In this document: in pieces, positions 40,446 to 55,210 of the stretch
Layout: every line of letters starts with the position of its first letter
Position numbering within the stretch: the stretch's first letter is position 1
DNA from: the human T2T-CHM13v2.0 reference genome, Homo sapiens
Assembly (NCBI RefSeq): GCF_009914755.1
Contig: NC_060934.1
Length of the DNA stretch: 64,000 bases
Reading direction: 5' to 3' (one strand)
Program-made: the position numbers and the translations under genes
The notes under the pieces: model-generated
Databases searched by the model: none
Told to the model about the DNA's origin: nothing
Seen by the model: the letters and a program-made list of their open reading frames with translations, nothing else

Positions 40446-43400
40446 GCTACTCTCAGATACTAACCCCCAATCTGCTGTCTGGGAGAGGACTGCGTGTTGC
40501 AGGCTCCACCTGGTCCCACGTGGGCTCCAGTAGGCTGGCCCCTCACTTCCCACAGCCTCCTGGGGTCCTGGTGCCCGACCACCTCAGGTCAGAATGCACC
40601 AGTGGATTAGGGCAAAGTGTTGACAGGTCCAGAACATCAGCTCCATGGGTGAAGAATGGAGAATTTATTCCCTGCAATCGCTCTTCACATTGAACTCCTC
40701 CATGCTGATGACCAGCTGGCGTATAATAAGGCGGTATCTAATGACAGCAGTTCATTCATATCTCATAAATCTTCTTTCACATAAAATTTGAGAACTTTTT
40801 CCTCTCAATTTGTCCAGCTAAAAATAATAATCCAAAATTGAAATTCTTCTCTCTTCCATCTTTTTTCTCTCCAAGGTATTTTATCCTCTTCTGAATAGAA
40901 AGCACCTTGAAAATAAGATAAATGAATGAATTCGTCTGGAGAACATGAGATCCACTTATTATCCCAGATAACTATATTTATTTATAATGTTATAACGTAC
41001 CCTCATCCATTTCTAAAGATTATTTCAGATGACTTATAGTAACAAATATACAGGAACCAAATCATTAAGACACAAACAAAAACTTAAAGACCACAGATAT
41101 GGAGGGGAAAGTATGATATTCAGCCAAGTGAGATCCTCAGGTAAACGCTATGTCCAGCAGAGATTAGTTATCATCGTAGCAATCATTGCATCTGCCAGTT
41201 GTTACCACATACTCTGTTCCAGTTGCTTCATAGACACTATTTCATTAAAGCCTCCTGACCCACCTGCAGGTAGGTATTATTGTCCCTGGTTTCAAGATGG
41301 AGTAGCAGTCCAGTGATTATGGTAGTTTGCCAAATGCCCCAGCTTCCGCAGGTCCCCAGCAATTCTGTCAGCCTGTGAGATCAGCTTATTCAAGCGACAC
41401 AAAACTCTATCCCCCAGCCTTCTTGCCCCACCTACATCTCAGGAAGCTTCTTTCTCCAGACTTTGCCTCTTAGACTGTTGGCTCCCGTCCTGCCCCTGTT
41501 CTTTGAGGCTAATGCATCCCCTCAGATCCCTTGCTTGTCTTCTCCCCACCCCTCTGGCCTTGCTATTTTCCAGCCCATCACTCTTCCTGGACTAGCCTGA
41601 TCCAAAGATCCTTTGGCCACAGGGCAGCTCTGCCTCCCACCTCCCGCTCTGAGCAGTGCTACCTCCCAGCACTCAGGCCACCCACCTGTTGGCCCCCATT
41701 GGCCTCCACTCAGACCACCCTCCTGTTGGCTCCTGAGTGGGCCTTGATCTACTCCTTAACCCACTGCCTGGCCATCTCCTGCCAAACCATCCTCTTTTCT
41801 TCACGGGCACCTGCTCTGCACAGTTGCCCCTGAACGATTTGTTTATTGTAAGGGCCCAATAAATAGTGTATTGAATAGGTAAATCACTAAGTGATAGAAA
41901 GATAATGGACAACTGGCAGAAGCCATGGGCACATCAGACACCCAAGATCACAGCCCCGTAAGTGTAGAACCTGTCAGTCAGTCACCAAAGCTTGGGCTCT
42001 TGGCACACTGTGACTCCTTGGGTTGTTCTGTGACCACAAACATGCCAGAACACTGAAAATATAGTAGAGTTTCAGGTCACCATCCAGCTTAGATTCCATG
42101 AGGATGGCGCCTCCTGGAGTTGTGCAGTGCTACAATCCTGTCCTTCCTCTACCATCTCCACATTTAGCAAAGGCTGCCTAGCAGCAGAAAAATCTAGTCA
42201 CTGTGATTCCAGAAGGCTGGCTACACCCTAGTGCCTACAACAAGGATGTAACTCGCTAAGGCACTGCCAGCCCATCCTTGATGGAAGGCCATAGTGCTTA
42301 GATCAGAACCAAACTTGACTCCCTTCACAAGCTGTGGCAGCTGTCTCTACCCTGGAGAGCAATGATGGAATATTCCATGGGAGTCACACTTGGCTTCCTT
42401 ATAATGCCCATTCAATAGATTGTTTTGATGGAAACATCACAAATTCATTTTGTGAAAAGCCAATGATATTTGCACCCAGGAATTCAATCATAGGACATGA
42501 AACTCTGGGAAAGAAATAATCAAATTGTCCATCCAGAGTGGAGTTAAAATTGTCATAAACATCGATCCTTCATTGCAGGGAATGGAAATAATAAACAGTT
42601 GCTGAAATTGCAAAGCTGCAGAGATTTCATTCTCTAATTGTCAAAAAGCATTAAACATCAACTATTTATTTTGCAGCAGAGGAAGCAAAAACAGACTTCA
42701 GTGCATCCCTTCACCAGAGGTTGTCCCTAATTGTCATGCATAGATTGCAACAGAGGTTACTGAGAAAAATTGTTTGCATTTATTAATCAAAAGGAGTCAA
42801 AGGCACACAAAGATATCATCAGGGCTCCCTTGTGCTAGGGGGAGGCTGACAACTAACATTCCTGATGAAGTGTTTGCAGAGTGTTTGCAATCTGTTCAAA
42901 GCCTTTTTCTTTGCAGGTGCAAACCTTTCTATCTGAAACATCAAAGAAACAATTGAAAATTAAACAGAGTAAACATCGCGATACAGGTTTCAATCTTCCA
43001 TTTTTTAAGACAATGGGAGAGGTATCATTAATTTCAAAGCAATATTTGTGTTCTTTTCAAAACTCATTTGTGCATATTAGCATTTCATTAGTTGTGTATT
43101 AAGCGCTGTTGCTCCTTTCCCCCTTTTTTTGCTCCTTTTGTTTTGTAAAAATTAGAAAGTTGAACTACTCCTGAGATGCCTTTTACTCCAAAGCATCCAT
43201 GCATAGATAATTATCTTGCTCAGCCTGTTTGATCAGTAGAATAAGTCAGAACTGCTCGGGTAAAGTCAGGCAGCAGAAAATAGATTAAGCGAGAAAGAAT
43301 TCCTTTCTGGTGATGGTAAGATCTTCAGAAGCAAATGCAGCCCCACTAAATTTTGCTAGTGAATAGTGTATTTTAATATACTCATTGTAGGCACTTTTTA

Positions 43401-43812
43401 ATATGTTAATTTTCCTTAATTGCTTCTCTCCATCCCCACTCCATTTAGCTTTAAACTCATCTTTACCCAAGACAAATTAAATAAAAACACAGCCAGCATA
43501 TGCTATTTTGTGTCACATCTGAATGTTAGAAGCATGTTTTTTATATTTTGTTTATGAAACTGTATCTGGTTTTTGGATATTATATTCAACTGGCCAGATT
43601 TCCTGCATTGTCTGAGTTAGACACTAATATCTTTCTCCCTTAAGGTATATTAATTTTATGCATCCTGGACAGGAGATTGACTTTCTCAAGCAGTATACAA
43701 GGTCACTCGTGTTCATAAAAATATAACCCCTTTTGTGTTCCACAAAATGGCACAATGTAACATGAATTCTGTAGTCAGTAATAGTTTTTTAGCAAATAAG
43801 AGTAGTGCTGAA

Positions 43813-44063
43813 TATTCTCACTTATAAGTGGGAGCTAAATGGTGAGAACTCATGGACACATAGAGGGAACAACACAGGCTGGGGCCTTGTGGAGGGTGGA
43901 GGGTGGGACGAAGGAGAGGATCAGGAAAAATAACTAATGGGCACTAGGCTTAATATCTGAGTGATGAAATAACCTGTACAACAAACCCCCATGACACAAG
44001 TTTACCTATGTAACAAACCTGCACTTGTACCCCTAAACTTAAAATAAAAATTAAAAAAGAATA
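43813..44063 (+). mobile_element. 5'-truncated L1PA13-like 3' end
   Basis: ttctcacttataagtgggagctaaat...ggagaggatcaggaaaaataactaatggg...aacttaaaataaaa. Confidence 0.9.
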
Positions 44064-44365
44064 GGCCAGGTGCAGTGGCTCACACCTGTAATCCTAGCAC
44101 TTTGGGAGGCCGAGGTGGGTGGATCACTTGAGGTCAGGAATTTGAGACCAGCCTGGCCAATTTGTCAAAACCCCATCTCTACTAAAAATACAAAAAATTA
44201 GGTGTGTGGTAGCACGCACCTGTAGTCCCAGCTGCTTGGGAGGCCAAGGCAGGAGAATCACTTGAACCCAGAAGGTAGAGGTTTCAGTGACCCAAGATCA
44301 CACCACTGCACTCCAGCCTGGGCAACAGAGTCAGACTCTGTCTCAAAAAAAAAAAAAAAAAAAAA
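44064..44365 (+). mobile_element. Alu (AluS-like)
   Basis: Dimer with pure A tail, inserted in the L1 tail; no right TSD found. Confidence 0.95.
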
Positions 44366-47300
44366 TTTGTCCATTATTCAAGTATAATATACATAATTAT
44401 TCTATTGGCATTTAAAATCCTTAATTCGTGTAGCTCCAATGGGTGGGGAATATTTGCTAGAGAAAATCCAGCATAGGAGACCGACTGAACCTTGCCCTGA
44501 TGATGGGCTGCCTCTGCCCCTCCTCCTGGGAGAGCTGTATTGGATGCTCTCTCTGTGCACAGCAGATGCCACAGGGCAGGTTGTGACCCACCATCTATCT
44601 GATCTGATCAATGCCAACTCCACAAGTATTTATTGAGTGCCCACTCTGTGTCCAGCACCAGCCTAGTAACAAGCTATGATACCATGGGATTCCACAGCAT
44701 TGAAATATGCTCTTGAAAGTCAACCTCCGTTCCTGGTGTAGCACTTCCTTCCAGAACTAAGACTGTTTGAACAATGATTTATTTTTAAATTGCCCTCGAC
44801 CGTTACAGAGTGTTTTAGAAGTGCTGTAACAGGAAGGCCATACATATTTTATTTAGGTGACTTTAAAGCAATGGTACAGGATTGCTATTGTGTCCCCTAC
44901 TCGGCACTAAAAAAGGTAGGAGGAATTAAGATTGCAAATCACTCTACCACGTGTTATGAAACTAAGAACCATCCAAATAGCCCATAGAGTGCCTGGCGTA
45001 GGTAGTCACAGCCTCGGAGAGACACAGCCGAGCACATGCAGCTCCTTGACGCCCTCTCTTGCATTTGGAGATGTGTTGTTATCATCATTCTGACTGTGCA
45101 CCTCCTCTGCTGGGTCTCCAGTATGGGTGTCCCAGAAGAACAATAGCAGGATTAGCTGGCAACTGGGTAAATTTGTAGTTTAACCTTGTAATCAAGGGGA
45201 AAAGAAGAAAGACTTAAGGAATGACGAGTCCACCTTGTCTTTCTTTTCAATCTGATCAGTTTCTTTTGGTTGAAAATGCTAATTAAACCCAAATGGGAAT
45301 AAGTCAAGATGTTTCAGTCCTCAAGCCGAAGTGAGAAGTTTCTGGCGTCTCTACCTTCTGGGGATGATCAATGAGTATGAGGATTTTTCCTTTTATAACC
45401 AGAAACAAGGTGTGAGTTTTCCCAAGTGTGGTATGGAGACACTGTCTATTTTTTCATTACCCCTGCTCTTCCTATGTGATCTCGAATGTCAAGTCCCACA
45501 TCGAGAAAATCAGCAAAGGCACCCAAGAATCTTTAAAACAAAAAACAAAAAACAAAAACACTCACTTTATCATCCTATTATAACTTCTGGCCATGAGCAA
45601 TATTAACTTCTCAGATAAGGGAAAGCCAGAGTTCTACAAAATCTCAGAAAAACCTAAAAGGAAAATCTTCAGAAGAGTAATTTTCAGTGCCTGTGGGATC
45701 TCTTAAGGTGTGTCAACTCCATGTCACCTGTGATTCCTATGCCGGCTCCAGGGATGCTGGGCTGCTTAGAGCGTCATCTACTATCATGGTGAAACGTCTG
45801 ACGAGGTCACTTGGAAGTGCACCAGTTCAAAACTGTCAGCCTCTCTCAAGCAAGTAGTCGTTAAAGAACACACTGAAGTTCCCAGTAATTTATTTGTTCA
45901 AGATGTCCTGGAGGTTGTATTTTGATGCTGGAGACAGTAGGCAGAGAAGACAATTCTGCAGCTGAAGGAGGCCTACTCTCTGGAGGGCCCACAGCTGGAA
46001 GATATTTACATCCTGGGAGACTTTCCAGACAATAGAGGGTACGTGCTTCATGTGCCCAGTCATGAGGGTTAAGTCTAGGGTAGCTTTGTGTATTTGTGAG
46101 GTCAATAATTTCAATGACTTCTTTTCAAAGACTTCCTTCAGAGAGGAGAGAAATAGTTCTGCTCAGATGTGGAATTATAGTGTCTCCAGTGACAAATGCC
46201 ATGTTCTTCTTTTGAGAGCCTAAGGCCACTTACTGATGAAGAAATACAAATTTCATTTTACACGGAGCACAGTGATCTGAACTGTGATGAAAACCCAGTG
46301 TGCAGCCTCCCACAATTTCGTATGGTTAAGGAGACTTGAAAACTATTAAATTCTGAGGAGATTAAAATTTTCTATTCTGGTCAAACTGAAAGAACACAAG
46401 ATTAATGTATTCCTTTTTCACAGTTCTGTAGTGACTTGCTGTGTGATCAAAGGAGAAAGCATTCACTCATTCATGTATTTTATAGGAAACATTTTAGTAG
46501 ATATGTACTGTGTGGCAAGTCCTGAGCTAATTTCTAGAGGTAAGGATGAAAATGCATGGTTCTCCTTCCAAGGGGCCTACACCTAGTGGGGAGATGAACT
46601 TGAAACAATCGAGAAGATCGTTCTATGACAACAAGCATCAGCTGAGTTTCAGTCAAGGCCTGGGCGTGCTGGGCACTGGAGACACAAGGGGACAAGAGAG
46701 GCCATTTCTGGCTTCCTGGGTCACAGGCATCCATCGTGGGACAAGGACATGAAACAAAGGATTACATAGTTACTTAGTGATGATGTGGCCAGTGCCATGA
46801 GCCCATGGAATAGGGCAATGACCCACATGCTGGGAGCCGAGGGAAGTGACATCCAGTGCCAGCAAAAACAAGGCCATCAGAGAAAGAAACATGTTCAAGG
46901 ATTATATTTGTGGCGCTTTTTAAAAAAGCATCAAACTGGTTATTGTGTGAGAAACCAGAACTTATTGAATGGCTGTACATGGATAGTGTGGTTTAATACT
47001 GCCTTTGTGTTTCATCACATTTCACAGAAAGGAGCGGTCACCACTTCAGTGCTTTTGCTACGAAGTCTCACACTGGTTCTGGGCTGGTCCTAGGCAGGAC
47101 TTGTTTATTGTTTGTCTTGTCCACCCTGCACTAGACTATATACTCCAGAGAGTGAAGGTCTGCTTTGTTTTATTCACAACTAGGTCTCCAGCCCAGAACA
47201 GTGCCGGCCTATAGTATGCACCCAAAATGATTTGTTTAATAAAAAGTGAGTTCAGCAGGAACCTAAATAACTACAACAACTATAACAGAAATCTCTGCCA

Positions 47301-47404
47301 CCTGGGGAAGGTACAGCACATACACATACATGCCCTGAGACAGAAGAAAAGGTGCTCAGATGTATTTTAGCTCTAAGTTTCAGCTTGGAGCCAGTTGTCT
47401 AATA

Positions 47405-47520
47405 TAAGTCTTCCAATGACTCTGCAATGCAGATATTGGTATTTCCATTTTACAGATGAGGAAACTGAGGCTCACAGAGACTGAGTGAGTTGCCTCGGGT
47501 CACACAGGGAACAGGAGAAA
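47405..47520 (-). mobile_element. MIR
   Basis: ccattttacagatgaggaaactgaggctcacagagac is a near-consensus core. Confidence 0.85.
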
Positions 47521-47564
47521 CAGGCACTGGCCCAGGGGTACTGGTTGGTTACGGCCCAAGTCCA

Positions 47565-47877
47565 ATTCTGACTTGGGACACAGTACCCAGATATTTGATT
47601 GAACATGATTCTGACTTTTTCTGTATAGGTGTTTTTTGGATGAGGTTAACATTTTAATTGGTGGACTTTGAGTAAAGCTGATTGCCCTCCATAATGTGGG
47701 TGGGCCTCGTCCAATCAGTTGAAGGCCTGAATAGCACAAAGACTGAACACCCCTGAGCAAGAAGGGATTTTGCTGGCTAAATGGCCTCAGAACTCAACTG
47801 CAAGTCTTCCCTGCCTAACCTGTCAGATTTTGAACTCTCTATTTGTTCTGTTTCTCTGGAAAACCCTGACTAATATA
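47565..47877 (+). mobile_element. MLT2 (ERVL) LTR fragment
   Basis: gattgccctccataatgtgggtgggcctcgtccaatcagttgaaggcctg...ttctgtttctctggaaaaccctgactaata. Confidence 0.88.
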
Positions 47878-50702
47878 ATTTCTGAACGAAAATACGATTT
47901 AAATACCAGCTGATAGGACTTCAAAGTCTATATTCTTGCCACTGGGCCATGGTGCTTCCCAGATGAAAAAGCAAAAAACAGCCATGTTAGGAAAAGAGAT
48001 ATAAAGACGTGTAGAGGCTCAAATAAGGAGTGAATTGGTCAGTCTCATGCTGTAGTGGCTCAGCCCTTTGGTGGCCCCACTAAGCTGGGTCAAGTTCCAA
48101 ACAACAGAATTTCTGGGCCAGCTGAGGCTGACAGTGACAAGAGAGGGATGATTTCTGGCAGAAGTACAAGCGGATAAAAAGATCTTGCCCAAACCTTGTG
48201 TGTTGTAAAACTCCAAATTAAAATTGATGAGATCTGACATCAAGATACCCTATGATTTCCTAGTCCGTCTTAGGACCCTAATATTCAGATAAAGCTGATC
48301 CCAAGACAGGCATAAAAGGGCTTTGATAAAATTGTTGTCACTCAATGAGCCTGTGACAATATGGGTAAAAATATTGAGAAGTTTGGAAAATTTAATCCAA
48401 TTAGTAGCTTAGGCTCTTAATGTGCGATTATGTCCAAAAATGCTTTCAAATTGCCACATTTTTAATAGAAAGATGAAAAACAGGGATATTTTGTTAAATA
48501 TTTATCTCATTAATAAACACAAGACAATCATTGCTTTTTATTTTGATTAACTTTTCCATCTGGGTTCAATGCACCTTTCAAAGACATAGTCTTTTCTCTT
48601 GATGTGAGGGGACTTAATTACAAAAGCACAATTGGACTTCTCCTCTGTATGAAAATGAAGCAAATGAAATTGCTTCCCCCCTCAACCCAGCGCATGGTTG
48701 TTGCTATGAAGACACACAATTGAATATGACAGTTTTCTGCTACCCAAGAATTGTTTTTGGATGAAGTTTGGGGATTATATGCAATTATAGAACAGTAAAT
48801 TTTCTATGACCATTCATGTTCAAGGACTTATTTTAAAAATAAAATGAAAGTCTAACTACAGAATAAATGGAATCACGATAACAAATGTCCTTTACACCTC
48901 TGTTATATTGGTATAACAAAGATAACAAAGATAGAGTTGTAGCAGAAATCAGTACAGTATAAGCTAATTCCGTCCATGGGAAAACCATGTCCACACAGCA
49001 TGACATCTTTTTATATCTCCTTTTCTATGCCTTAAATATTCACTGTTCTTCCTCTATATGTGGTTCTTTCTTCTTTACTATATGGTCAGATACCGTGATA
49101 GCTGAGGAATATGGCGTCGGGCCGATCGGAACCAGCAGCCCCCAGGGCTGAATGGATGCTGCTGCCTCCTCTCCCACTCCCCTGGTTCCTGGCAGTTAGA
49201 TCTGCAGATGGTTTCCCCTAACAAGAACCAAGGCTCAGGAACGTTGCCCGAAGCCTTGCAGACTGTGGAGTCTACAGTGGTTAAGGGGTGGGGTGGGAGG
49301 GAGAGGTGGACGAAATTCACCCACTTTGCAGTGCAAATGGAGGCCCTGGAGTTGCACCATGTGGTGGCATGCCTCACTTTCTAAACCGCCCTGCTAGAGG
49401 TAGGGTATGTGCAGCCCCCATTTCCTGGCCTCTAGGACCCGCCTTGCAGCTCCTTGCCTCCACTGACCCCATGGTATTAAGGGTCCTTCCTGGTTCCCAG
49501 CCCTAGAGCCCTTTGCACCTGGGATGAACTCTGGATTCCTGCAGCTCCTGAGCCACTGCACCCTTTCCCCCAGTCACTTTGGTTGGCCCAGGGTCTTTCA
49601 TCTGGCTTCTCAGTTTTCCCTACTTTGTTGCAGTTTGTTCCTCCCACTAGGATGGAAGGAAGCCCCACCCATTTGCCTCATCTAGCTCTTGCTAAACTCC
49701 TTCCACAGGGTTTGCATCCTGCCCGGATCCTCCCTGGGGCTTATGGTCAGATATTCTGGAAAAATGACTGCTCCCCACCAGACGTCTGATTTGTCTCTGC
49801 TGGTTCCCGTCACCCTGGCCAGATACTCAAAGCTCCCAGAATCTGAGCTGGGGTGGTTGCCCCCCCAGCCATGTTGTTTGGGGTTGCCAGAAGGTTCTCT
49901 TTAAGAAACATCTCTCTCCCCCAATGATGACTGGGCGCCTTTGACCGGGCTTCTAACTCATTCAAGGAAGCCAGTGCACCTCCAGCCAATCTGGTATGCT
50001 GTCCCATCTCTGACAAGTGTCCCTTGAGAAATATTTCAGGAAAGAATTTTTTTGATCACTACAGGCAATGATCAAAGAAAACTAATTCCACTGTGTTTGT
50101 TACAACATCAGTGAAAGAAGTCAAGAATATAGTCTCAGAAGGAGTATAAAGCATGCAATAAAGGCCGATGCATAATTAATGAAGAGCATGTCTCTAACAT
50201 AGTGCTCTTCAAAACCAAGCACACAATGTGTAATTATTCCTCACATCATCACAGGGAGTGGGCAGATGCTAGTTGCCTCTTATAAATAAGGAAATGGGAG
50301 AAAAGCCAGACTCTCTTTCCAAAGGAAACCACCACTAGAAAGTAGAATGAATAATTCTGAAAGTCAGTTACGATGCAGTTAAAATGTCAATATAAATCTC
50401 CATTTCAAATTTTCACTCATCTGAAATAATCACTGGGCATGTCTGTTTTACAATTATGCTGCCGAGAATCCCAGTGCTGCCCCAAATTCAAACCAGTTTA
50501 CGAGTTATGACTTGAGTTATGACAAGAAAACCACTCCAATTTCTTCCAAATGGCAACATGGTTGGCCCAGTAGGTAAGAAAGAGCGGAGAACCAGTGACC
50601 TGTTATTTCTGTTCCAATCCCACCTCTACCACTACTTATCTCACACAGCTTCTTTGAAAGGGCTAAGTTAGCAGATAGATAGATTGATAATTGTCAATGT
50701 GT

Positions 50703-50771
50703 GGAGGTTGCAGTGAGCCGAGATTGCGCCATTTCATTCCAGCCTGGGTGATAGAGCGAGATTCGGTCTCA

Positions 50772-50799
<28 letters not shown>
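50703..50799 (+). mobile_element. Severely 5'-truncated Alu (~70 bp) with (TAA)n tail
   Basis: ggaggttgcagtgagccgag...gtctc; 16-bp TSD ataattgtcaatgtgt / ataattgccaatgtgt. Confidence 0.93.
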
Positions 50800-50804
<5 letters not shown>

Positions 50805-52289
50805 TGCCAATGTGTTAATATATATGCCTGGCATATGCTGAGCACTATATAAATAGTGCTTTTACTCTTACATTATATTCACATTTCATTTTCACCCCAA
50901 AGTGGAATGAGTTACCCATCTTGATTACCCTTGTTATTGATTGCAATTGATTCAAAAGGTGTTTTTTTGGGTTTTTTTTGTTTTTGTTTTTGTTTTTTAA
51001 ATCAAATGTATCCTCAAATTTAGGTAAGATGAATATACGTACGGAATGGTTAAACAAGTTCTAAAAGCAATGGGATATTCTGAAAGGGTCACAGACTCAA
51101 ATGTCTCCACACAGGTAATAGGAATGTGGTAAGTGGCCTGGTATAAGACAACAGGAAAAAAAATTTTTAAGAAATATTGGCTAAAAAAGCCACCTTTAGT
51201 GACATGCAGTGGGTATTAGTTCATGATGAGTGTTCTAATATGTTTACTGAAACATTTTTAGTATCTTTATCAAGTCACTGCTTCTCTCTCACACTCACAA
51301 AAATGTTTAAATAATAAACACACTAAATTGCGTTCTATGTGAAGGCTTTCTTTCATTATGATATTTCAAAGGGGCCTAAAACTGATTCTAGGTTGCAGGT
51401 GAGTTTATGGAATCAATCCCCTTACGTTTCAATGATTCGAGTAGCTCCAGTAACTCCTCAGCCTGCAATTGGTGAGATGTATTTGTGCCTATCTATGTAA
51501 GTCTAATTTGTGTTCTTGGGAATTGGAGTTTTCATTTGTTCTCTTTTCGCAATTACAGTGGAAATTTCTCAAGTGTAAGCACCATAGTTCTACTCAGCTT
51601 AATAATCAAACATATCTACTAAGTGCCTAATTGTATCCAGTGCTGCGCTAGGCAGATGGGAAGAGATTTCAAAGCTCAGCCTTGCCTCTCATGCTTGTAG
51701 TCTTGGGGAAGCTCACAGTCCCTGAAATGCCCCAGTGTGCGCCACCCTGTCTATCGACCGGTGCTCTGTCGAACAGTGCTTTGCATCCATTGTTTCATTC
51801 GGTCCTACAAAAGCCCTATAAGGCCGTTCTATTGCTATCCCCATTTTACAGATGGAAAACAAAGCAGAGAAAGACTTAAATGGTGACAAAGCTGCTAAAC
51901 GTAGACTTAGGATAGTAACCATGCTGTGTCCCCTGTGGTCTGCCCTCCACGATCACACTGTGTGCAGTAGACCTTCTGTGGCTGCAGCACTCCCAGAATT
52001 CTTGCCCAGACTTCCTCTCTCCCAACGCAGATACTTTTTGCCATGCTAGTTTTTGAACACGTGTAGTAATAATAGAAGGGTAGGGCTAACTGGGCTTAGG
52101 AACCTAATTCTTCCTCCTGTCATTAAACCCTAGATATAGTAGGATTTTTTTTTTAATATCAACTCTATAGCATTGGGAAGAAAAAGAAATGTTAGTGGTT
52201 TCCTGAGTAAAGGAAAGCAGACAGGAGAGGTTTTATGAAAAAACAAGATTAGAGGATATCATGACAGAAGAAGACACTTCCGAGAAACC

Positions 52290-52660
52290 TACAGATTGAG
52301 TAGACACAAAAATAAGTAAGCCCATCAGACATTGGAATAGCACAATTTATAAGTTTTACCTAATCATTCTAACATAGAATTTTCTAAACTAAAATAGGGA
52401 ATACACATTCTCTTCAAACATTCATAAAGCATTCACAAAAACAAAACATGAATTATGCAGAAAATAAAAATCTCAATAAAGTCCCCAAAGCAGAAATCTC
52501 AGTGGCCACCCTTGCTGTCTGTACTATGTTAACATTTAAAATTAGCAGTAAGGGGTAGGAAAAGAAAATCTTTGGAAGTGGGAACAAAAATGCATTCTTT
52601 TAATTTGGTCCGTATTACTTTTGATTGTTATTTAGAAATAAGTGAGAAGTGCCACGTGTA
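52290..52660 (+). mobile_element. Ancient L1M ORF2 fragment
   Basis: gaatacacattctcttcaaacattcataaagcattcacaaaa...aaatctcaataaa resembles the L1 EN region. Confidence 0.55.
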
Positions 52661-53290
52661 CAAATATGTGTGTATGTATACATGTAGCAAAGATGTAAAG
52701 ACATGCAATTTTACTAGGGAGTTGCTGGAGATGGAAATAACAGAATGGATGTTTAGAAGCAGGACCAACAGAATTAGGGAGTGGAGCTGACTGGCCCTCA
52801 TCCACCACCACTGCCTGGGCTCCAGCGTTGCCTTATCTGAGCCAGACAGACAAGGTCTTGCTCACCAGTGTGTCCCAGTGCCTAGCATAGACCCATACCC
52901 AAACCAAGAGATGAATATAATTTTGGTGAAAATCTGTATTTAGGCTTGTCCATTCAGCATGGGATCCTGCCCAATGAGGCCATTGAAATTTAGTTACCGT
53001 CCTTTCCCATCTCCAGCAAATACTATGCCTGGCCAAGCTTTGAGAGATAATGACCATCTTATATTAATGTATACTCTGCCATTGGCAAAGCTCTTCAGTG
53101 TAAGTTACCAAGCTTTGATCCCGAAGACAAAATTATTATTCCCATTTGTCAGATGCTAAAACTGGGGCCCGGCTTAGCAGAGCTAAGACTTGGATTCACT
53201 ACTCGAAACGGAAATTAAAGAGTCTATGCAAATAAGCTAACATTTACTGAGTGTCTACTATATGCTAAACACCGTGCTAGGTGCTTTTAA

Positions 53291-53843
<553 letters not shown>

Positions 53844-54797
53844 TGACCCAGGGCTTCAACTTAACCATCATTGGAGTATTGACAAGTAAAACATTTCAAT
53901 GCAATTTAATTCTGACCTAGATCTTTCCTAGAGGAGGATGCTGCTTCTGTCATTTGAAAGTGATACTTCATGAAACTAACTAAGCTAAGGAACTGTTTGA
54001 AAAAGCAAAATGCTATTGATTGCTTAATAGCTGCCTTATAAATCACCCTGGGACACAAATCATCCACTGCTCTTCAAAGAACAGGAGCCCAATATCAGCA
54101 AGAAGCTGAACAAATGACCACACAATGCTTATTAGGATTCAGTAGGAAAGACCCACAATAAAGGCGGTTTATAAATATTTCATAGGCTTGATAGTTATTT
54201 GTTCTAGAGTTCTAGTTTTTATAACCATCATAATCAGTTATTTTTAAGAGAATATCCAGAAGAGAATCTTAAATTCTGATAGGTAACTACAATAATATTA
54301 TAAAAGCACAAATCATGTGGGTTCACTTTATGTGAAGTATAGTCTAAAATACATCAATTTATTGATTTAAGAAATAGGTCTGGAGACAGAAGCAATTCTT
54401 GGAAACCTCCAGACAGCAAAATAAATATCTCTAATTATGAGTGTAACACCCTATCTGTGTTTGCCACAAATTTTACAGCTATAAATTTAAAAGCTACTTA
54501 GTGCTCCATAGTTTAAGTGTTCTGATATTGAGATCAATGTCTACCTATCCAAGAAAATTGCCCCAAAAGGGTAAACTCCACTCTCCCATTCTTCAAAGGG
54601 AAATGATAATATTGAGGAATTTATTTGAGGACATAGAATAGGTTGATAAGTGGGTGCGTTTGTTCATTCTCTTACTCATTCACAAGTTCGAGGAGCAGTT
54701 TTGGAATAGCTACTAGGTACCTGTAGGTTAACTGTTTTGAGGAAGGAGATGAGGTGTAGGCAAGCTACAGGTAGTATAATCCATTGATTAGCATCCC

Positions 54798-55210
54798 TTT
54801 AAAAAACTTTATTTTGGTACAATCCATATACAAAAACTGCACATGGTTTAAAGTGTATAATTTGATAAATTTTGCTATATGTGTACACCGGAGAATTTAT
54901 CATCACAATCAAGATAATGAATACATCCCCATCCCCAAAGCTCTCCTCCTGCCCCTTCATAATCCTTCTTTCCTGCCTCTCTTGGCACACCCTCCACCCC
55001 AGTTCCCCAGGCAACCCCTGATCTATTTCTGTCATTATAGATTAGTGTATATTTTGTAGAATTTCATATAATTCGAATCACACTATACATACTTTTGTCT
55101 GGCTTCTTTGACTCAGCATTATTATCTTAAGATTCATCCACATTGTTGCATGTATCAACAGTTTATCGCTTTTATTTCTGAGTAGTATTCCATTGTGAAA
55201 CTATACCACG
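54798..55210 (-). mobile_element. L1ME/L1MD 3' end
   Basis: aactgcacatggtttaaagtgtataatttg...agattcatccacattgttgcatgtatcaacagtt. Confidence 0.85.

Noticed and set aside
42100-42140. MER91-like fragment / possible CTCF motif
   Set aside because: Too short and too mismatched to support.
50047-50080. 12-bp inverted repeat tttttttgatca...tgatcaaagaaa
   Set aside because: AT-rich with a palindromic core; compatible with chance.
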